DNA of 64,000 nucleotides from Escherichia coli (GTDB lineage Bacteria; Pseudomonadota; Gammaproteobacteria; Enterobacterales; Enterobacteriaceae): NCBI RefSeq assembly GCF_044324785.1, contig NZ_CP172127.1; one strand, 5' to 3'. Shown piece by piece: positions 56,287 to 64,000 of this stretch (position 1 is its first letter; each line of letters starts with the position of its first letter). The notes under the pieces were generated by a model. It saw only the letters and a program-made list of their open reading frames with translations, ran no database searches and was not told where the DNA came from. The position numbers and the translations under genes were made by a program.

Positions 56287-56308
56287 GCCGGATGACGCGT
56301 CATCCGGC
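56287..56308. repeat. Perfect 22-bp palindrome GCCGGATGACGCGTCATCCGGC (REP-like hairpin / bidirectional terminator) between convergent bdhA-like gene and osmC
   Basis: Perfect inverted repeat read in the sequence 6 nt after the SDR stop and 6 nt before the osmC stop; arm nearly identical to the motif at 49495-49513. Confidence 0.6.
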
Positions 56309-56314
56309 AACGCT

Positions 56315-56746
56315 TTACGATTTCAACTGGTAATCCAGCGTAATTTCCGCTTTCAGTACCTGTGAAACCGGACATCCTGCTTTTGCTTTCTGGATGATGC
56401 CGTCAAAGGTAGAGGCATCAATACCCGGCACCGCAACTTCACTCTTCAGTGCGATTTTCGTAATCGCAAAACCGGCATCCACTTTATCCAGCGACACATC
56501 GGCGATGGTATCAATCGATGTTGGCGTGAATCCCGTTTCCCCCAGCATTAATGAAAGCGCCATTGAGAAACATGCGGCATGCGCTGCGCCAATCAGTTCT
56601 TCAGGGTTGGTTCCTTTTTCGCCTTCAAAACGCGTGTTAAATCCATACGGCTGTTGGTTCAGCACGCCACTCTCGGTGGATACTGTTCCCTTCCCGCGTT
56701 TGATATCGCCTTCCCAGTGTGCCTGACCTTTCTTATGGATTGTCAT
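56315..56746 (-). CDS. osmC: Osmotically inducible peroxiredoxin OsmC
   Basis: 143-aa ORF MTIHKKGQAHWEGDIKRGKG... matching OsmC. Confidence 0.93.
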   Translation of the reverse strand: MTIHKKGQAHWEGDIKRGKGTVSTESGVLNQQPYGFNTRFEGEKGTNPEELIGAAHAACFSMALSLMLGETGFTPTSIDTIADVSLDKVDAGFAITKIALKSEVAVPGIDASTFDGIIQKAKAGCPVSQVLKAEITLDYQLKS

Positions 56747-57090
56747 TGTTGCTCTCCTGTGGGCTTAAAAAGGAAATTATAGACTACGTGAGAAACAGCA
56801 CGAGGATAAGCAGGATATTCCGAATGAAATCCGGCGAAAACATTATCTCTGTACTTAAATTAAATTCCCACAATAGATAACAGGAAATATATGACTCAAA
56901 AGATATTGTATCAATATTAATCGATTCACACCAATAATAATCCCTATCAATATCATAGTGTTAAAATATAAAACTCATCAACCAGGACTAATCTTAACAA
57001 CGAAGCGGCAAATATTTGCCATGCTGAATGTGCTTTATAAATCTGCGATCCGTAGCAGACACCATAAATACACAGACACGGAGAATCACT

Positions 57091-57306
57091 ATGTTTACTT
57101 ATTATCAGGCAGAAAATTCAACAGCAGAACCCGCTCTGGTTAATGCCATTGAGCAAGGCCTTCGGGCAGAGCACGGTGTTGTCACTGAAGATGACATTCT
57201 CATGGAGCTGACCAAATGGGTGGAAGCTTCTGATAACGACATCCTCAGTGATATCTACCAGCAAACGATCAATTATGTGGTCAGTGGCCAGCACCCTACG
57301 CTTTAA
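57091..57306 (+). CDS. bdm: Biofilm-dependent modulation protein Bdm
   Basis: 71-aa protein MFTYYQAENSTAEPALVNAIEQGL...; ORF opens at 57028 but conserved start is 57091; divergent from osmC. Confidence 0.88.
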   Translation: MFTYYQAENSTAEPALVNAIEQGLRAEHGVVTEDDILMELTKWVEASDNDILSDIYQQTINYVVSGQHPTL

Positions 57307-57407
57307 GGTGCTATGCTTGATCGGCAACCTAATTTAGGGGTTTAGCACGTGTTTCTTCGCTACGGCGATGTTGTCCTTAAAACTAGCAACAGGATTGAGG
57401 AGTTAAA

Positions 57408-57545
57408 ATGAAATCGAACCGTCAGGCACGTCATATTCTTGGACTGGACCATAAAATTTCTAACCAGCGCAAAATAGTTACCGAAGGTGACAAATCCAGC
57501 GTGGTAAATAACCCAACCGGCAGAAAACGCCCCGCTGAAAAGTAA
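57408..57545 (+). CDS. sra: Stationary-phase-induced ribosome-associated protein Sra (30S protein S22), 45 aa
   Basis: Below the ORF-track cutoff; translated by hand: [54 protein letters not shown] upstream. Confidence 0.85.
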
Positions 57546-57701
57546 TTCATAACCATCAGTCCTCAATGACGATTAAACACCATTGCCTGCGCAATGGTGT
57601 TTTTGTTTTTATCTGCTTTATACTTGGGGCCGACGCCCTGGCGGTAAAGCAAAGACGATAAAAGCGTGCCAGGGATGGATATTCAAAAAAGAGTGAGTGA
57701 C

Positions 57702-59399
57702 ATGGAACCAAAAACAAAAAAACAGCGTTCGCTTTATATCCCTTACGCTGGCCCTGTACTGCTGGAATTTCCGTTGTTGAATAAAGGCAGCGCCTTCAGC
57801 ATGGAAGAACGCCGTAACTTCAACCTGCTGGGGTTACTGCCGGAAGTGGTCGAAACCATCGAAGAACAAGCGGAACGAGCATGGATCCAGTATCAGGGAT
57901 TCAAAACCGAAATCGACAAACACATCTACCTGCGTAACATCCAGGACACCAACGAAACCCTCTTCTACCGTCTGGTAAACAATCATCTTGATGAGATGAT
58001 GCCTGTTATTTATACCCCAACCGTCGGCGCAGCCTGTGAGCGTTTTTCTGAGATCTACCGCCGTTCACGCGGCGTGTTTATCTCTTACCAGAACCGCCAC
58101 AATATGGACGATATTCTGCAAAACGTACCAAACCATAATATCAAAGTGATTGTGGTGACTGACGGCGAACGTATTCTGGGGCTTGGTGACCAGGGCATCG
58201 GCGGGATGGGCATTCCGATCGGTAAACTGTCGCTCTATACCGCCTGTGGCGGCATCAGCCCGGCGTATACCCTTCCGGTGGTGCTGGATGTCGGGACGAA
58301 CAACCAACAGCTGCTTAACGATCCGCTGTATATGGGCTGGCGTAATCCGCGTATCACTGACGACGAATACTATGAATTCGTTGATGAATTTATCCAGGCT
58401 GTGAAACAACGCTGGCCGGACGTACTGTTGCAGTTTGAAGACTTCGCACAAAAAAATGCGATGCCGTTACTTAACCGCTATCGCAATGAAATTTGTTCCT
58501 TTAACGATGACATTCAGGGCACTGCGGCGGTAACAGTCGGCACCCTGATCGCAGCCAGCCGCGCGGCGGGTGGTCAGTTAAGCGAGAAAAAAATCGTCTT
58601 CCTTGGCGCAGGTTCAGCGGGATGCGGCATTGCCGAAATGATCATCGCCCAGACTCAGCGTGAAGGATTAAGCGAGGAAACGGCGCGGCAGAAAGTCTTT
58701 ATGGTCGATCGCTTTGGCCTGCTGACCGACAAGATGCCGAACCTGCTGCCTTTCCAGACCAAACTGGTGCAGAAACGCGAAAACCTCAGTGACTGGGATA
58801 CCGACAGCGATGTGCTGTCACTGCTGGATGTGGTGCGCAATGTAAAACCAGATATTCTGATTGGCGTCTCAGGACAGACCGGGCTGTTTACGGAAGAGAT
58901 CATCCGTGAGATGCATAAACACTGTCCGCGTCCGATCGTGATGCCGCTGTCTAACCCGACGTCACGCGTGGAAGCCACACCGCAGGACATTATCGCCTGG
59001 ACCGAAGGTAACGCGCTGGTCGCCACTGGCAGCCCGTTTAATCCAGTGGTATGGAAAGATAAAATCTACCCTATCGCCCAGTGTAACAACGCCTTTATTT
59101 TCCCGGGCATCGGCCTGGGTGTTATTGCTTCCGGTGCGTCACGTATCACCGATGAGATGCTGATGTCGGCAAGTGAAACGCTTGCTCAGTATTCGCCGCT
59201 GGTGCTGAACGGCGAAGGTCTGGTACTACCGGAACTGAAAGATATTCAGAAAGTCTCCCGCGCAATTGCGTTTGCGGTTGGCAAAATGGCGCAGCAGCAA
59301 GGCGTGGCGGTGAAAACGTCTGCCGAAGCTCTGCAACAGGCCATTGATGATAATTTCTGGCACGCCGAATACCGCGACTACCGCCGTACCTCCATCTAA
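57702..59399 (+). CDS. maeA: NAD-dependent malic enzyme MaeA (SfcA)
   Basis: 565-aa protein [23 protein letters not shown]... with malic enzyme NAD-binding signature; ORF opens at 57666 (GTG) giving a 12-residue extension; 57702 preferred. Confidence 0.9.
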   Translation: MEPKTKKQRSLYIPYAGPVLLEFPLLNKGSAFSMEERRNFNLLGLLPEVVETIEEQAERAWIQYQGFKTEIDKHIYLRNIQDTNETLFYRLVNNHLDEMMPVIYTPTVGAACERFSEIYRRSRGVFISYQNRHNMDDILQNVPNHNIKVIVVTDGERILGLGDQGIGGMGIPIGKLSLYTACGGISPAYTLPVVLDVGTNNQQLLNDPLYMGWRNPRITDDEYYEFVDEFIQAVKQRWPDVLLQFEDFAQKNAMPLLNRYRNEICSFNDDIQGTAAVTVGTLIAASRAAGGQLSEKKIVFLGAGSAGCGIAEMIIAQTQREGLSEETARQKVFMVDRFGLLTDKMPNLLPFQTKLVQKRENLSDWDTDSDVLSLLDVVRNVKPDILIGVSGQTGLFTEEIIREMHKHCPRPIVMPLSNPTSRVEATPQDIIAWTEGNALVATGSPFNPVVWKDKIYPIAQCNNAFIFPGIGLGVIASGASRITDEMLMSASETLAQYSPLVLNGEGLVLPELKDIQKVSRAIAFAVGKMAQQQGVAVKTSAEALQQAIDDNFWHAEYRDYRRTSI

Positions 59400-59532
59400 G
59401 CCTGCGCCCGGTGGTGAAAGCTGCCGGGCAATTTCCCTCTCCCTTTTTCAGATCTCATCCATACTGGGTAGTGGCGAATAAATCTCATTTGCCTCACCTG
59501 CTATGCAGAACATCATCCGAAAAGGAGGAACT

Positions 59533-60543
59533 ATGAAGGCTGCAGTTGTTACGAAGGATCATCATGTTGACGTTACGGATAAAACACTGCGCTCACTGAA
59601 ACATGGCGAAGCCCTGCTGAAAATGGAGTGTTGTGGTGTATGTCATACCGATCTTCATGTGAAGAATGGCGATTTTGGTGACAAAACCGGCGTAATTCTG
59701 GGCCATGAAGGTATTGGTGTGGTGGCAGAAGTTGGCCCAGGTGTCACCTCATTAAAACCAGGCGATCGTGCCAGCGTGGCGTGGTTTTACGAAGGATGCG
59801 GTCATTGCGAATACTGTAATAGTGGTAACGAAACCCTCTGCCGTTCTGTTAAAAACGCCGGATACAGCGTCGATGGCGGGATGGCTGAAGAGTGCATCGT
59901 GGTCGCCGATTACGCGGTAAAAGTGCCCGATGGCCTGGACTCGGCGGCGGCCAGCAGCATTACCTGTGCGGGAGTCACCACCTACAAAGCCGTTAAGCTG
60001 TCAAAAATTCGTCCCGGTCAGTGGATTGCTATCTACGGTCTTGGTGGACTGGGTAACCTCGCCCTGCAATACGCGAAGAATGTCTTTAACGCCAAAGTGA
60101 TCGCCATTGATGTCAATGATGAGCAGTTGAAACTGGCAACCGAAATGGGTGCAGATTTAGCGATTAACTCACGCACCGAAGACGCCGCCAAAATTGTGCA
60201 AGAAAAAACCGGTGGCGCTCACGCCGCGGTGGTGACAGCGGTAGCTAAAGCTGCGTTTAACTCGGCGGTTGATGCTGTTCGTGCAGGCGGGCGTGTTGTG
60301 GCAGTCGGTCTGCCGCCGGAGTCTATGAGCCTGGATATCCCACGGCTGGTGCTGGATGGTATTGAAGTGGTCGGTTCGCTGGTCGGCACGCGCCAGGATC
60401 TCACCGAAGCCTTCCAGTTTGCGGCCGAAGGCAAAGTGGTGCCGAAAGTCGCCCTGCGTCCGTTAGCGGACATCAACACCATCTTTACCGAGATGGAAGA
60501 AGGCAAAATCCGTGGCCGTATGGTAATTGATTTCCGCCGCTAA
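59533..60543 (+). CDS. adhP: Zinc-dependent alcohol dehydrogenase, propanol-preferring (AdhP)
   Basis: 336-aa protein [14 protein letters not shown]... with zinc ligand motif GHEGIG and structural zinc CxxCxxC; strong RBS AAAGGAGG; ORF opens at 59503. Confidence 0.92.
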   Translation: MKAAVVTKDHHVDVTDKTLRSLKHGEALLKMECCGVCHTDLHVKNGDFGDKTGVILGHEGIGVVAEVGPGVTSLKPGDRASVAWFYEGCGHCEYCNSGNETLCRSVKNAGYSVDGGMAEECIVVADYAVKVPDGLDSAAASSITCAGVTTYKAVKLSKIRPGQWIAIYGLGGLGNLALQYAKNVFNAKVIAIDVNDEQLKLATEMGADLAINSRTEDAAKIVQEKTGGAHAAVVTAVAKAAFNSAVDAVRAGGRVVAVGLPPESMSLDIPRLVLDGIEVVGSLVGTRQDLTEAFQFAAEGKVVPKVALRPLADINTIFTEMEEGKIRGRMVIDFRR

Positions 60544-60688
60544 GAGGCCTTTGCTGCGACTGCCATGTTCGGGTCGCAGCATCGCACACTCTCCAACATG
60601 AAATGGCTAAATGGATTATTGTTGCGTAGGAAGGAACAATAATGATAGTGTTCCCAGTGAAGGAACGCTACTGAGAGTAAAGACACTA

Positions 60689-60973
60689 ATGAAAATGGCC
60701 AATCATCCCCGCCCGGGGGACATTATTCAGGAATCACTCGACGAACTTAATGTCAGCCTGCGCGAGTTTGCCAGAGCAATGGAAATTGCGCCCTCAACGG
60801 CAAGCCGATTGCTGACCGGAAAAGCAGCTTTGACGCCAGAAATGGCAATTAAACTTTCCGTGGTGATCGGCAGTTCGCCGCAAATGTGGCTGAATCTGCA
60901 AAACGCCTGGAGCCTGGCAGAGGCTGAAAAAACGGTGGATGTGTCGCGACTGCGCCGTCTGGTTACGCAATAA
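60689..60973 (+). CDS. yddM: Xre/HigA-like HTH protein YddM (antitoxin-like, no adjacent toxin)
   Basis: 94-aa protein [20 protein letters not shown]... with HTH ([23 protein letters not shown]); ORF opens at 60611. Confidence 0.85.
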
Positions 60974-60974
60974 A

Positions 60975-61002
60975 AAAATGGCGCTTCTTAAAGCGCCATT
61001 TT
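60975..61002. terminator. Bidirectional rho-independent terminator between yddM (+) and fdnI (-)
   Basis: Stem AAAATGGCGCTT / AAGCGCCATTTT with CTTA loop, A-tract upstream and T-tract downstream. Confidence 0.8.
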
Positions 61003-61023
61003 CAGCTTAAAGTTCAAAAGAGA

Positions 61024-61677
61024 TTATATCCCTTCTTCACTCTCTTTTTTCGCTTCCGCCTTCTCGATTTCACGATACCAGCGCGGATGGTGTTTCTTCG
61101 CCCAGCGACGGCTCACCTTCCCTTCGATCATCCCTTTAATCGACCCTTTCACCCAGAATGCCATATACATATGGATCAGGATGGCGTGGATCAGGATGAT
61201 ACCCGCAGCCGCGTGAATCAGCAGGCTGTAGCGGACAACCTGCATCGGGAAGTACTGCGCAAAGTACGGACGCCAGATAATCACCCCGGTCACCAACAGC
61301 ACGAAAATCATGCTCATGATCGACCAGAACATCATCTTTTGCCCGGCGTTGTACTTACCGACATCCGCCACTTTGTGCTCATTGCCTTTTAATACTTCGA
61401 CAATGTTCAACAGCCACGGAATATCTTTCTTATCCGGGATGTTGTGATGCACAAAACGCACAAACATAAACATCAGCGCGACGAAAATCGCAATGCCGAA
61501 GAACGGGTGCAAAATGCGTCCCATCTGCGGCGTACCGAAGGTTTGCGTCAGCCATTGCAGCGTCGGGAAGAAGAACGAAATCCCGGACAGCGCCACCAGG
61601 AAGAAGCAAATCACCACGGTCCAGTGACAGGCGCGATCAATAAATTTGGTGCGCACAATCATTTTCGACTTACTCAT
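61024..61677 (-). CDS. fdnI: Formate dehydrogenase-N gamma subunit (cytochrome b556) FdnI
   Basis: 217-aa protein [22 protein letters not shown]... with four TM helices and heme-ligating His; ORF extends 14 codons upstream, conserved start used. Confidence 0.92.
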
Positions 61678-62554
61678 GATGATCCTCCTCGTCATCGTCC
61701 ACTTCCTTATTCGGGCCAATACCGATGTAGTGGAAAATCAACCCGGCAAAAGTGGCAATAAAGCCAGCCGCTGCCAGCGGTTTCAACGCGCCTTTCCACA
61801 GGCTTACCGAGGTGTCGATCTTCGGATCTTTCGGCAGACCGTGATACAGCTCCGGCTGATCGGCATGATGCAACACGTACATAACGTGCGTACCACCGAC
61901 CCCTTCCGGGTTGTAGACGCCAGCATGTTCGTAACCACGCGCTTTCAGTTTCGCCACGCGCTGTTCCGCCAGCTCCAGCATCTCCTTCTTGGTGCCGAAG
62001 TGGATAGCCCCGGTCGGACAGGTTTTCACACAAGCCGGTTCCTGGCCGACGCTGACGCGATCGACGCAGAGCGTGCATTTATATACCCGGTTATCCTCTT
62101 TGTTGAGGCGCGGAATATTAAACGGACACCCGGCAATGCAGTAACCACAGCCGATGCAGTTTTCCGACTGGAAATCGACAATCCCGTTAGCGTACTGAAT
62201 GATTGCACCAGCAGACGGGCACGCCTTCAGGCAGCCCGGATCTTCACAGTGCATACAGCCGTCTTTACGGATCAGCCACTCCAGCTTGCCGTTCTGTTCG
62301 GTTTCGCTAAAGCGCATCACCGTCCAGGACTTGGCGCTCAGATCGGCGGGGTTATCGTAAACCCCGACGCAGTGCCCCACTTCATCACGGATGTCGTTCC
62401 ACTCCGAACACGCCACCTGACAGGCTTTACAACCGATACAGGTGGAAACGTCGATAAGTTTCGCGACTTCTGCTTTGTAATCACGCACCTGAGAAGGCGG
62501 CGTGATGGAGTTAGTTGCGGACCTTTTGATAATGTCCTGCGTTTCCATAGCCAT
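61670..62554 (-). CDS. fdnH: Formate dehydrogenase-N iron-sulfur beta subunit FdnH
   Basis: 294-aa ORF with four ferredoxin-type Cys clusters ([30 protein letters not shown]) and C-terminal TM anchor; stop overlaps fdnI start. Confidence 0.93.
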   Translation of the reverse strand: MAMETQDIIKRSATNSITPPSQVRDYKAEVAKLIDVSTCIGCKACQVACSEWNDIRDEVGHCVGVYDNPADLSAKSWTVMRFSETEQNGKLEWLIRKDGCMHCEDPGCLKACPSAGAIIQYANGIVDFQSENCIGCGYCIAGCPFNIPRLNKEDNRVYKCTLCVDRVSVGQEPACVKTCPTGAIHFGTKKEMLELAEQRVAKLKARGYEHAGVYNPEGVGGTHVMYVLHHADQPELYHGLPKDPKIDTSVSLWKGALKPLAAAGFIATFAGLIFHYIGIGPNKEVDDDEEDHHE

Positions 62555-62566
62555 CTGTTCGCCCCC

Positions 62567-64000
62567 TTACGCCTTCTCGATGTTTACTAAGAACGCTTTA
62601 TATTCCGGCGTTTGCGAGTTTGCATCACCGACATTAGGCGTCAGAGTGTTAGCGATATAACCTTTGCGCGCGACACCCTCAAAGCCCCAGTGGATTGGAA
62701 TACCCACCGTTTCAACCTGCTGACCGTTTACATTCAGCGGCTTCAGACGGCGCGTTACCACAGCCACCGCGCGGATAAAGCCACGCTTGCTGGATACGGT
62801 GACACGGTCGCCATTGGCGATGCCTTTCGCCGCCGCCAGCGTTTCGCTGATTTCTACAAACTGTTCCGGCTGAGCAATTGCGTTGAGCAACGCGTGCTTG
62901 GTCCAGGTGTGGAAGTGCTCGGTCAGACGATAGGTCGTACCCACATACGGGAACTGCTCTTTTTTACCCATCCGCAGCGCGTCTTGTTCATACAGACGAA
63001 CCACCGGGTTAGACACCACGTTCGGATGCAGCGGGTTAGTGCCCAGCGGCGTTTCGATTGGCTCGTAGTGTTCCGGGAACGGACCTTCCGCCATTTTGTT
63101 GATGGCAAACAGACGTCCCATCCCTTCCGGCTGCATGATAAACGGCCCGGTTGGCGTACCCGGTGCGGCATTGCCGAAGTCAGGAATATCGTTACCCGTC
63201 CACTTGCTGCCGTTCCACTGGATCAGCATCCGTTTCGGATCCCACGGTTTACCGTTGATATCCGCCGAAGCACGGTTGTAGAGTACGCGACGGTTGAGCG
63301 GCCACGCCCAGGCCCATCCCAGCGTATTCCCCAGACCGGACGGGTCGGAGTTATCGCGGTTAGCCATCTGGTTGCCCTGCTCTGTCCAGCTACCGGTGTA
63401 TATCCAGCAAGACGATGCGGTTGTACCGTCATCACGCAGATGCGCAAAGCTACTCAGCAACTGACCTTTCTTCGCAATCAGCACGCCATTAGCATCATAG
63501 AGATCTTCCAGCGCATAGCCGTTATTCTCTTTCGCCACTTCGTCAGACTGCGGTTCGTGCGGCTGCTTGTAGTTCCAGCTCATCTTCATCAGCGGTTCTA
63601 CGCCTTTACCACCTTCGGCCTGGTACAGCTCGCGCAGATGATGGTAGATACCCGCCAGAATTTCGCCGTCGTTACGCGCTTCGCCCGGCGCGTCCTGACC
63701 TTTCCAGTGCCACTGCAACCAGCGACCGGAGTTAGCAATAGAACCATCTTCTTCAGCAAAGCAGGTCGAAGGCAGACGGAATACTTCAGTCTGAATAGAC
63801 GCCGGATCGACATCGTTCGACTCGCCGTGGTTCTGCCAGAAGGTAGAAGTTTCAGTCACCAGCGGATCGATAACCACCATGTACTTCAGCTTGCTCAGGC
63901 AGCTAACCACTTTGTTTTTGTCCGGGAAGGACGCAACCGGGTTAAAGCCCTGGCAGAAATAACCGGTGACTTTGCCTTCATCCATCATGTTGAAATACTT
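62567..64000 (-). CDS. fdnG: Formate dehydrogenase-N alpha subunit FdnG, C-terminal part only (gene continues past window end)
   Basis: Open reverse frame to the window edge ending ...KAFLVNIEKA; molybdopterin oxidoreductase C-terminal domain; the selenocysteine TGA lies outside the window. Confidence 0.9.
   Translation of the reverse strand, partial: KYFNMMDEGKVTGYFCQGFNPVASFPDKNKVVSCLSKLKYMVVIDPLVTETSTFWQNHGESNDVDPASIQTEVFRLPSTCFAEEDGSIANSGRWLQWHWKGQDAPGEARNDGEILAGIYHHLRELYQAEGGKGVEPLMKMSWNYKQPHEPQSDEVAKENNGYALEDLYDANGVLIAKKGQLLSSFAHLRDDGTTASSCWIYTGSWTEQGNQMANRDNSDPSGLGNTLGWAWAWPLNRRVLYNRASADINGKPWDPKRMLIQWNGSKWTGNDIPDFGNAAPGTPTGPFIMQPEGMGRLFAINKMAEGPFPEHYEPIETPLGTNPLHPNVVSNPVVRLYEQDALRMGKKEQFPYVGTTYRLTEHFHTWTKHALLNAIAQPEQFVEISETLAAAKGIANGDRVTVSSKRGFIRAVAVVTRRLKPLNVNGQQVETVGIPIHWGFEGVARKGYIANTLTPNVGDANSQTPEYKAFLVNIEKA

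Noticed and set aside
49495-56314. Inserted block as a mobile element, prophage or defence island
   Set aside because: No integrase, transposase, IS inverted repeats, tRNA attachment site or phage genes; all ORFs are metabolic, a transporter or a regulator
60556-60583. Hairpin GCTGCGAC...GTCGCAGC after adhP as a terminator
   Set aside because: Stem is real but has a 12-nt loop and no U-tract; left unannotated as too uncertain
1-64000. CRISPR arrays, tRNA or rRNA genes
   Set aside because: No regularly spaced direct repeats with spacers and no cloverleaf-like or rRNA-like sequence seen anywhere in the window

Overview
The window reads as a contiguous Escherichia coli chromosomal segment, recognised from the translated ORFs and inverted relative to K-12 MG1655 (roughly the fdnGHI to lsrA interval); all K-12 comparisons below are from memory, not a database search. 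Gene order: lsrC' / lsrA (-), lsrR, lsrK, a large AIDA-type autotransporter (yneO/ydeK locus), hipBA, the yneL AraC-family remnant, a six-gene F9 (Yde/Fml) chaperone-usher fimbrial operon, ydeP, safA-ydeO, ydeN-ydeM, yddA-yddB-pqqL, gadBC, yddW, dosCP, ddpXABCDF, a seven-gene block, then osmC (-), bdm, sra, maeA, adhP, yddM and fdnIHG (-). The main find is that seven-gene block (about 49.5-56.3 kb): a divergent LysR regulator plus a tightly packed six-gene operon (CoA-transferase A/B, thiolase, a 3-hydroxyacyl-CoA-dehydrogenase-family protein, a putative permease and an SDR 3-hydroxybutyrate-dehydrogenase-like protein), which I do not recall at this position in K-12, where ddpF and osmC are adjacent. 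It is bracketed by GCGKCATCCGGC REP-like motifs and is predicted to be a ketone-body (3-hydroxybutyrate/acetoacetate) catabolic module. Other differences from K-12 as I recall it: the autotransporter and the F9 fimbrial operon are intact here, and yddB carries an in-frame amber codon. Regulatory sites readable directly in the sequence include four HipB operators, two EvgA boxes, the GAD box upstream of gadB, a CRP-like site in the lsr intergenic region and several terminator hairpins. No tRNA, rRNA, CRISPR array, IS element or integrase was seen.
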